Below the pieces are notes generated by a model. That model made no database searches, was not told the origin of the DNA, and saw only the letters and a list, made by a program, of their open reading frames with translations. From positions 1 through 64,000 of the forward strand of contig NW_013657658.1 in assembly GCF_000142905.1 (NCBI RefSeq): a stretch of 64,000 bases of DNA, written 5' to 3'. The first letter of the stretch is position 1. Every line of letters begins with the position of its first letter. This stretch comes from Thecamonas trahens ATCC 50062 (lineage: Eukaryota; Protista; Apusomonadida). The position numbers were made by a program, and so were the translations under genes. Positions 1-9,109 of the stretch are shown here, piece by piece.

Positions 1-10
1 CATTGTCGAG

Positions 11-930
11 CTAGTTGATGCTCCCGCAAAGGTACTCACGGGTGAGGGCGATGAACGCGATGAGAGGGAGGCCGGCCACAAAAACAATGAGCAGTGCCCA
101 GTCGATGCCGGCGGTAGTAGTGTGTGAGCCCTCGTAGCACACTGTGCCCAGCTCAATGATGAGCCGCTTCTCAGGTGACGCCGCGTCGGTTGTCTCCTCC
201 TGGCACACCACAGCCTGGCACGCCCGCAGCGCAACCTGGTAGTAAACCAGAAACGCGAGGACCAGATCGCCATCGACGTCCGCTACCAGATTCGCTGGCT
301 GATGGTGGCACTTGTGACTGGCTTCGACGCGCTCGCAAACGAGGCGAACCAACTCTCGTCGTGGCTCTCGGTGCTGGACGATGCCTCCTGCTTTCCCGAG
401 TATTTCGAGTCGGCAGCAGCGTCCGAGATGAGCTCGATCTCCAAGCTGGTGCCTGCGCTTGGTGTTGTAGCCTTGTCTTCGTCATTGCCATCGCCATCGT
501 CGTTGGTCGGCTGCCACCGCAGACGGGCGGCGACCGAATGACCGCAGGCAGCAAAGACGAGCGAGGCGATGGTGACGCAGGTGACGGCGATGGCGAGGAG
601 AGTCAACATGCCGAGGACAATGTCACCAATGTCGATGGTTGAATCGACGTAACACGCCGGCTGGATCATTTCGATGTCAAAGAGAACGACCGAGAGGACA
701 CGGAAGACGTCAGCGATCGAGGTGCCCGAGTCGCTGGTCAGCCGCGCCGACGCGTCCGCCTGACCGCCGCGTGGCGACAAAGAGGGTGATGTTGCGGGCG
801 AGCATGATGCCAGGCAGAACGGCAACAGCAGGCAAGACGAGGAGGATAATGATGACCGCGGCCGTGACATAGCCGGCAAACGCGGAGCGATCCTGTAAGT
901 CGCAACGGTGGGCGTCTGGAGCCGGGGGCA
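11..930 (-). pseudogene. Frame-disrupted multi-pass membrane protein fragment (protist 7TM-like/cysteine-rich receptor C-terminal family)
   Basis: Hydrophobic helices and family-like motifs are spread over three frames: CDLQDRSAFAGYVTAAVIIILL (710-1006 frame), VVLFDIEMIQPAC..LGMLTLLAIAV (283-1341 frame), and LAFLVYYQVALRACQAVVC..CYEGSH..WALLIVFVAGLP (11-352 frame). Joining them needs one +1 and one -1 shift. Flanked by an N-gap. Confidence 0.45.
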
Positions 931-1350
931 CATGCGCGGTATCACCCCCCCCCCCCCCCCCCCCCCCCCGATGGTGCATGGTAGGGAAGGGGAGCGCCAG
1001 CCGCACAAAATTTTATCCGGGGGGTCCGTANNNNNNNNNNNNNNNNNNNNNNNNNNNNNNNNNNNNNNNNNNNNNNNNNNNNNNNNNNNNNNNNNNNNNN
1101 NNNNNNNNNNNNNNNNNNNNNNNNNNNNNNNNNNNNNNNNNNNNNNNNNNNNNNNNNNNNNNNNNNNNNNNNNNNNNNNNNNNNNNNNNNNNNNNNNNNN
1201 NNNNNNNNNNNNNNNNNNNNNNNNNNNNNNNNNNNNNNNNNNNNNNNNNNNNNNNNNNNNNNNNNNNNNCTGTTTGTGTGGCTCATCGCAACGGTGGGCT
1301 TCGGAGAGGGCCCCCCCCGCCCCCCCCCCCCCCCCCCCCAAAGCCGGCTA

Positions 1351-2158
1351 ATGCAGTACGGTAGGATCAGGGAGACGCACGCAGACGCAACTCTAATCGA
1401 GGTAGTTCCGGCCGGCGAATGGCTCACCGTCGCTCCGGTGAGGATCGGCATCGAGCGCACTTACACGCCGCGTGTCCGTGCCGCATTGAATCTCTGACAC
1501 CCGCACCCTTACGTCGCCACTCACCCCACCCCGCCGTACACACTCATACGCACATACTCACACTAGTCTCACACCCATGTTCCGTTTCTCTGCCCCGCTC
1601 CTCCCACCATTCCTCCCGCCGCTAGTCCGGGCGCTTGCTGTCGCGCCGCGGTCGGCCTTTCTCATCCGCGACCTGCACGACGTCGTCGAGCTAGGCAACA
1701 TCGACTACGCCGGCGACGGCATGCTCGAGTCGCACGGCTTTATCACTCCCAATGGCGACGGCCTCGGCTTTGGACTGGAGGAGACTGTCCTCGAGCCGGG
1801 TGCATCCATCTTTGTCGAGCACGACACCCATCGCCGCTGCCTCTGGATCGCAAATGGCGAGGGCGAGCTCGAGTTGGTCCCCAACAGGGACGCCCGTGGC
1901 GCAGGCATCCAGTACGCGCTCAAGCCCGGTGTCTGTTGCGTCCTCAACGTCAACGAGCCGCACTTTGTCTCTGTCGCCGCAGATGCCGACGCTCCGCTCG
2001 CTCTCGTCTCGTTCTGGGTCGATGCTGCCCGCAACCCGGGCACCGCCGATCGCTGTGACTCGGACGATGAGGAGCTGGCACGGCTCAAGGCCCGCGTCGC
2101 CGATCTCGAGGCCGAGCTTGGCCGGCGCCGCGGCATCCCGCCGGACGCCAGCTCATAG
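1351..2158 (+). CDS. Ectoine synthase (EctC)-like cupin protein, probably two exons (1351-~1471/1477 and 1626-2158)
   Basis: IRDLHD..ES..DGLGFGL..T-L-PG..H..GEGELE..YALKPGV..L..NEPH aligns by eye to EctC (VRNLGD..DGMGFSF..GTGTIE..HALRPGV..HDRH). A phase-1 GT...CTAG intron fits around the C/A-rich tract. Short C-terminal coiled coil. Confidence 0.7.
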
Positions 2159-2184
2159 CCGCACTCCTCTCTATCTTTCTCTCT

Positions 2185-2757
2185 TTACTTGCCGCCGCAT
2201 TCTGTCGGCAGAGCAAACGCTGCCGGGTCGTACGCTACGACATGCATGTCCGCCACCTGGAGCTGGCCCGGCAGCTTGAGTGAGGCCAGCGATCCCGTGA
2301 CCGTCACCGGCGCACATGGCGGCGATGCGAGTACATGCCAGAGCGAGCTCTGTGGCACATACTCCCAAACGAGCGAGCCCTGTGGCTGCGGATGCTTGTC
2401 GGCGATCCTCCAGTCCGGGTTGGACGCGTCGAAACAGAGGCTCACAAAGCTACGCGAGGTGGCCACATTGTGCTCGGCGGTGCACGTTCCGTGCTTCACA
2501 TCAAAGTAAAAGTTGGAATACCTTGGCCCGTTCTCCATCGCGTACAGCACATGTTCGGTCGTGTTCACAATCAGCCCGTGGCTCGCCGAGTACAGCAGCC
2601 CGATATCAACCTCGGTGCCCTCCAACCGCGCCGCAAAGTCCGCAGGTGTACAGCACCCGCCAGCCTGCCCCCGCACCCCTCCCACCAGCATCACCACCAG
2701 CCCCACCGCAACCACACCCGCAAACGTCACGCCCACACATCTTTCCTTCGCCGCCAT
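2185..2757 (-). CDS. Ependymin-related (EPDR-like) secreted/lysosomal protein
   Basis: Signal peptide, N-terminal CCTP, internal C residues, C-A-P-V and terminal DPAAFALPTEC match the ependymin-family pattern. Confidence 0.7.
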   Translation of the reverse strand: MAAKERCVGVTFAGVVAVGLVVMLVGGVRGQAGGCCTPADFAARLEGTEVDIGLLYSASHGLIVNTTEHVLYAMENGPRYSNFYFDVKHGTCTAEHNVATSRSFVSLCFDASNPDWRIADKHPQPQGSLVWEYVPQSSLWHVLASPPCAPVTVTGSLASLKLPGQLQVADMHVVAYDPAAFALPTECGGK

Positions 2758-2874
2758 CGAGCTCGGCTTCCACGACAAGTGCCTCTGCTCCGCGCCAGCC
2801 GCAACTGCCGACTGTCCTCGGCACCTCACTCGACTCGACGCGACTCGCCCCAACTCGACTGCACACACACGCTC

Positions 2875-3702
2875 ATGGCTGCCTCTGTTGAGCAATGGGC
2901 TCGGCGCTGGGCAGAGGCCCATATGGACTTCTCATCGCGGCCAAGTCTGCACTCGCATGATTACGACAACGTCCACCGCTCGCCGCCGGGATTGCCGGCG
3001 CTGGCCACGGCTGCTCGAGGCGCCGCCGCCTGGGTGGCTGCTCTGGTCATCGTCTACACTGCAGATCTTCCCCTGGGGTTGGTGGTCGGCTCGATGCTTG
3101 TGGCTGGCTTTGTGTATGCGTCTACAGTCATCGCCGAGCGCAAAGCTTGGCTCGCCGGTCGCCATGGTGGGCACCGCGATCTCGTCGCTGTGGCTCTTGT
3201 CGCGCTTGCCTCGGCTACCTGCCTCCCATCAACCGGTGTGGCTGCCAACGCCACGCAATGGGTATGGGCATCAGCGGCCTGGATTGTTGCCCTACACTCG
3301 GCGCTTCTCGCCCGCATTCCAGGCATCCAGCTCCGCTCATTTACCTCGCGGGCACGGACCCACGGCCGCATGTCGGTCACCCAGTGGGGCATCGGCATCG
3401 GCGCTCCGCTCGGCTTGCTAGCCTTCAGTATCGTCTGGCCGTCGCCGTGGCGGATCGCTGTGTGGCTGTGGTGGCTGGCACTCGCCATCGCTGTCCTCGC
3501 CACCCGCGCAGTCCTGCGCACCAGCAGTGTGCGATACCACCTCCACCTCCACCACTGGTTCACAGGCATCGCCGTCATCGCTCCAGCCGGGCTCGCCACA
3601 TCAGCCACTGTAGCCTCGGGCATCTGCCTTGGTGCCGGCCTCGCTCTTTTTGTCGAAGGCGCCGGTCGGTGGTCACTCGCGCCACTGTTCCATCTCGACT
3701 AG
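2875..3702 (+). CDS. Uncharacterised multi-pass membrane protein with HLHHW motif
   Basis: About 8 hydrophobic segments, C-terminal YHLHLHHWFTG...GLALFVEG...PLF motif, ATG at 2875 in frame. Confidence 0.65.
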   Translation: MAASVEQWARRWAEAHMDFSSRPSLHSHDYDNVHRSPPGLPALATAARGAAAWVAALVIVYTADLPLGLVVGSMLVAGFVYASTVIAERKAWLAGRHGGHRDLVAVALVALASATCLPSTGVAANATQWVWASAAWIVALHSALLARIPGIQLRSFTSRARTHGRMSVTQWGIGIGAPLGLLAFSIVWPSPWRIAVWLWWLALAIAVLATRAVLRTSSVRYHLHLHHWFTGIAVIAPAGLATSATVASGICLGAGLALFVEGAGRWSLAPLFHLD

Positions 3703-4863
3703 CCGCGAGCGCGCGACCTCACGGACTGGCGAGTGTCGCGCCCCAATGGCCCGCTGACGCTCGTATGCGCTTTGTACCCGGCGTGCGAGGTACTCGTCCA
3801 GCGGCGTACTCGGCGTGCACTCAGCGTGCACTGTCGAGTCGCCAGCTCTCGCTCCGCCTCCCGGCATCTCGCTTGGCCGCCTGGTCTCGCCCATGTCTGC
3901 AGACGCAGGCGCCATCGAAGCCTCGTAGCCACTTTCACTGCCAATTTGGACCCGGTGCGGTGAGCCGGCGTCACGAAGCGCGCTCTGGAGCGAGCGCACG
4001 TGCGCCTCGAGCCGAAAGACAGCTGCCCGATGAGCCTCGATCTCGCCGGTCAGCTGATCGTTGATGCCCTGCAGTGTCTCGTTCTCCAGCTGCATCCGCT
4101 TAGCCATCCGCCGCTCCTCTTCCAACTCGACATCCTTCCTCCGCAGCGCTTCCTGCGCCGTACCCACAGGCGCCACAGCAGCGGCAGCGTTGCTCGACTC
4201 GGTTGCCTCGGCGTGCAACCGCCGCCACTCCTCCGCTGCCGCCTCGCTCTCCTCCAGCTGCGCTTCCAGTGTGTTCACCTTACCGCGCAGCGAGTCAGCA
4301 GCAGACTCGGCGACTCGCGCCCGCTCAGTAGCATGTACAGCCTTGGCCTCTGCACTGGCCTGCGCCACCTGAGCCAGCTCCAGTCGCTCCAGTAGCACCT
4401 CCACCCGACGGGTCGAGCCCTCCAGCGCATGCTCCAGACTGCGGTTCTTTTGCCATGCGGCACCGGCCACATCTTGCGCATGAAGAAGCCCAGACGCCGT
4501 GCCCTCTAGTCGCCCGCGGAGGTGTGCCACCTCCATCTCGCGCTCGCCCATAGCCATCAGACTCGAGTGATGTCGCTTGAGCCTGCGTCGGCCGCTGTCG
4601 CTTCGCCCGCAATCCCGCCGCCGCCAACGCCCCTCTTGACGGCCGCTCTCTTCTTTCGGCGCCACCAGCGCCAATTACCGCTCCACCACAGCTTTGAATA
4701 TTTTTTCTGCTTTGGCACGGCTCCTCCTGACCGACGAGGTGGCCATGGGATTCTGCCGCTCTGCCTGAGCCTCTTCAAGATCTCGTTTGCTCAACTGCCT
4801 CTCATACACTACAAGACTACGATCTACCGCAAACTGCATCGCAGCCATGGTGATACTAGCCAT
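3673..4863 (-). CDS. Coiled-coil protein, spliced (intron ~4562-4678)
   Basis: Heptad-rich E/A/R/L sequence. GTAATT donor and CGAG acceptor join the 4675-4872 and 3673-4674 ORFs in frame. The 5' end is uncertain. Confidence 0.55.
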
Positions 4864-5240
4864 TGTGGACAAAGCAGTGGCGTGGGAGGGAGACGGCAGC
4901 TGGTCAATTCGGTCAAAGCCCGCGAGGGGTGGGACACAATCTTGTCCATCGCCCTCTCACGTCGCCTTCTCTCCTCGACAACAGCCTCTCCCCACTGCGC
5001 AGCTACCGCATACGCACACACACACACACACACGCGCCTACCACTAGCCGCATGAATCTGCTCCAGTCGACTGGACGCGGGAGCGGGTGCGATCTGCTTC
5101 CGACCATGCGGTGAATTGGCGGTCAATTGAACACGCAGACTGTCCCCCGCACGTCGTGAATCAAACCACGGCGGATTTGACCGCCGTCAGCGCGCCAAGT
5201 TGTGGACGCACACTCCACTCACCACACGCTACCTGTAGTC

Positions 5241-8221
5241 ATGGCCGAGTACGAGTACACGTACACAGACGCGTCGTCCGAGGCGCACGGATCCCCTGCC
5301 GACGACTCGTGGTGGTCAGACGAGTCGAGCTGGAGCTCGGCGGCGCCGAACAGCAGGCGGCGGTCAGCTTCACGAACGCAGGCGGCGGCGGGAACCGCAC
5401 CGGACCCTGCGCCCGCACAGATCACGCTCTCGACCTTTGACAACGTGGCTGTGCCTCGCAACAGCGACAATGGCGACGGCGGCATTGGAAATGGTGTGGT
5501 CTCGCCGCTCGTCACGGTCACCCGCCCGCTCGGTGACCATGACGTCACGCTGACCAACGACGAGACATCGGTCGGTGGCGGTGCCGACTCGCTCGATCCG
5601 TTCTCTATCTACGACACGCTCGAGCCGCCGCCCAAGTACGAATCGTATCTTTCGGGCTCGCGCCGCCGGATCCCGGTCAAGAACTTTAAGAACATGTCGA
5701 CGATGCAGAAGCGCGAGGCGTCGTCGCTGGCGGAGCAGCTCAAGGCTGCGCTGGCCAACGCCGGTGTCAACGACGACGTCGAGGTCGGCGCGGCGAGCCC
5801 GGCCGAGCGCCCAGGCACTCTCGGCTGGATCCGTGGCGTTTTCATTCCGTGTCTTATCAACATCTGGGGTGTCATCCTCTTCCTTCGGCTCGGCTGGTGC
5901 ACAGGACGGGCTGGGGCGTTGCAGATGACGGTCATCATCCTCCTCGCCACTGTCGTCACCACCCTCACCACCATCTCGCTCTCGGCAATTGCCACCAATG
6001 GCAACGTTAAGGCCGGCGGTGCGTACTTTCTCATTTCGCGGAACCTCGGCCCGGCGTTTGGCGGCTCCATCGGTGTCCTGTTCTCGTTTGCCTCGGCCGT
6101 CTCGGTCTCGCTGTACGTTGTTGGCTTTGCTGAGACGCTTGTCGATATCTGGGCGTGGAACCATCCGTTCGGTGACCACGCGGTGCGGCTGGTGGGCGCA
6201 CTGCTCCTCTCGACAGTCTTTGCGCTCTGCCTCCCGGGCATCGGGTGGATCTCGCGGCTGCAGATTATGCTGTTTTCGGTTCAGGTCCTCGCCATGGCCT
6301 CGTTCACCGGCGGTGGCCTCATCTCCGATGCGTGGGGACCAAGCCGGCCAACGGATTTGTGGGCTTCAAAGCCAACAACATCGTGGTCGGCCCGCAGTAT
6401 GGACCCGAGTCGTTCTTCTCCGTCTTTGCGGTCTTCTTCCCGGCCGCGACTGGCATCATGGCCGGCGCCAATGTGTCGGGCGATCTCAAAAACCCCTCGT
6501 CAGCTATTCCGCTGGGGACGCTCGCGGCCATTGGCGTCTCGGCACTTGGCTACATTGGCCTGACTTGGCTTTACGCAGCGGTCAACACCCGCGACGGGCT
6601 TGTGAACAATCTGTTTATTGTCAAGGACATGTCGATCTGGGAGCCGCTGCTGTTTGCGGGCATCTTTGCGTCGACCATCTCGTCGTCGTTTGCATCGTTT
6701 GTGGGTGCGCCGCGAGTGTTCATGGCTGTGGCCAAGGACAAGCTTGTGCCGATCCTGAACTACTTTGGGGTCGGACGCGCGTCGGACGGCGAGCCGCTCC
6801 GGGCGTACTGCGCAGTCTATGTCATCGCGCTCGGGTGCGTGGCCATCGGCGATCTGAACGCTATCGCTTCACTCATCACGCAGCTCTTCCTCATCTCGTA
6901 CGGCTTTGTCAACTGGGCTTGCTTTGCCTCTTCGTACACCAAGTCGCCGGGTTGGCGGCCGGGCTTTGTCTACTACCACTGGTCGCTGGCGGTTGTAGGC
7001 GCGGTCCTCTGTCTCACGGTCATGATCCTCATCGACTACATCACTGCTGCGATTGCCATCGCCATTTGCGTCGCGCTCTTCTTGTTCATCTCCTTCAAGG
7101 ATCCGGACGTCAACTGGGGCTCGGTCGACCAGGCGCGGCTCCGGGTGAACGCGCTCAAGTCGACGCTGCGGCTGCAGTCGACGCCACAGCATGTCAAGAC
7201 CTGGTCGCCGCAGATCCTGCTCCTGACCGGATCGTGGTCGGAGCGTATTGCGCTCATTCGCATGGGTGAGCTCCTCACCGCCAAGTCGCTCCTCCTCCTC
7301 GGGAGCGTCGTGGTGGCCGCCGAGCCGCTCGTCTCGCCACTCGTCCTCCAGGGGCAGCGCGCCGCGTCGGCGGCCGAGTGGATCGTGACCCACAAGGTGC
7401 CGGCGTTTGCGTCTGTCACGGTGGCGCCAACGCTCCGCGACGGCGTCCAGCAGCTTCTGATGTGCTCGGGCATGGGACTTGCGCTGCGGCCGAACATTCT
7501 CATGATGGGCTTCCGCCACCACTGGCGGCTCGACGCCGAGCGCTCGCACGAGTACGTCAACGTCATCCGCGATGCCATCGACGCGCAGGTCGGTGTCGTC
7601 CTCTGCCGCAATGCCGCATTTTACGACTACACCTCGCCGTCGCCGTCGTCGGCTACCATCGACGTGTACTGGCTGGAAGACGACGGCGGGCTCACGGCCA
7701 TTCTCCCGTTGCTGCTCCAGCGCTCGTCGCTCTTTTCCAAGACCTCGATCCGCATTTTTAGCAGGGTGTGTGGGCCAAACGAGGAGGAAGCACGCGAGCA
7801 GCTCGCGCTGCTCATGCGAAAGCTGCGGATCAACACATCCGAAATCAACATGCTCACAACGCTCAAGGCGCGGCCGAACCCAGTGTCGGTCGACTGGTTC
7901 GACGAGCTCGAGCTGCTCACCTCGGCGCGGACGTCCGACTTTCTCGACAACCGCGAGTTTGGCGTCGGTGAGGAGCCGATCACTCTGCCAGAGCTCATGG
8001 TTCACAACTCGTCGTGGACCAACTACTACCTCCGACTTGGCGAAATCATTGCCGAGAACTCGTCCAACGCCGCCGCCATCTTTGTCCCGCTGCGCATTCC
8101 CGACAACAACGACGATGCCCAGCTGTATATGGCGTGGCTCGAGGCGCTCTCGCGCAACATCCACAGGCCGATCTTTTTTGTCCGTGCCAACGACGACAAC
8201 GTCCTCACTGCCGAGGCTTGA
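5241..8221 (+). CDS. Cation-chloride cotransporter (SLC12, NKCC/NCC-like) with a -1 frame break at ~6335
   Basis: LGWIRGVFIPCLINIWGVILFLR, SAIATNG-VKAGGAYFLISR-LGP-FGGSIG, FFPAATGIMAGANVSGDLK-P, SPGWRPGF-YY, VNWGS, HVKTW-PQIL, IDVYWL-DDGGLT, C-terminal VR..NVLT. Confidence 0.95.
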
Positions 8222-8267
8222 GCACCGGTCCGCAACAAACAATCTTCCAAACTGTACGCCAGCTCGT

Positions 8268-8928
8268 TCATGACCTTGACGCGCTGTCATCCCCAGCCGC
8301 GCTGTTGCTCGCAGAGACCGAGCTAAGATCGATGGTGATCCGTGCATCCTCTGAAGCATCGTCCTGTCCCATGTTGAGGTACGGCATCAGCTGCATGCCC
8401 ACCAATGCCGATGCCATACCAGCAAGACCAAGCTGTGTGGAGGGGTTGGGTGGGGTGGAGAGGGGAGGAGGTGAGGTAGGGGGGGGAGGGGAGGGGGGGG
8501 GGGGGGGGGAGGGGGGGAGGGGAGGGAGGGAGGGACGGTCGTTACGGTNNNNNNNNNNNNNNNNNNNNNNNNNNNNNNNNNNNNNNNNNNNNNNNNNNNN
8601 NNNNNNNNNNNNNNNNNNNNNNNNNNNNNNNNNNNNNNNNNNNNNNNNGAGCAGTAACTTCGGAGTGTTTGCATTCCGTTTAGGATATCGGTGCCGCAAA
8701 ATTTGCCGAGGTGGACACAGCCTTGCACTTCCGTCTAAGACCGTGGGGCTTCCTCGACGTCACTCGTGAGCACGTAGCTGGGGCATGTCGGCGAGCCTTT
8801 AATCAAATTCGCTGTTGCTCCAACCACTCATTATTTGCAGCATGCGTGGAGGGGGGGAGGAGGGAGGGAGGGCGTACCTTGATGCGGGTGGCCCGCGGGA
8901 GGTTGCGGTAGGTATGCCAGAGGCTCAT
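8268..8928 (-). CDS. Small (71 aa) single-TM protein, probably mitochondrial; two exons (8878-8928 and 8268-8432)
   Basis: MSLWHTYRNLPRATRIK, donor GTACGC, acceptor CACACAG, then LGLAGMASALVGMQL. Resembles the small fungal/protist MSLWxxYRNL-P-TR family. Missed as a whole by the ORF track. Confidence 0.65.
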
Positions 8929-9109
8929 GGTGGCGGTGGGGGTGTAAAGGGTGAGGTGGGCTTGCGTGTGCGTGGACGGTGGTGGTGGTGGTGGTGGTGG
9001 TGGTGGTGGTGGGTGGGTCAGCGGTGGGTTGGTCAGTGAGCGAATGACAGCGACAGACACCACTTCACGACCTTTTTCGGACGGCGAGGGGCCGGGCCGA
9101 GGGGACAAC

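Noticed and set aside
1031-1269. ORFs running through N-gaps (also 8549-8648)
   Set aside because: These are artefacts of translating Ns flanked by poly-C/G runs.
8721-8750. U1 loop II-like TTGCACTTC and RNase MRP-like GGGGCT
   Set aside because: No ATACTTACCTG 5' end, no correctly placed Sm site and no P4 partner strand are visible, so the evidence is insufficient for a call.
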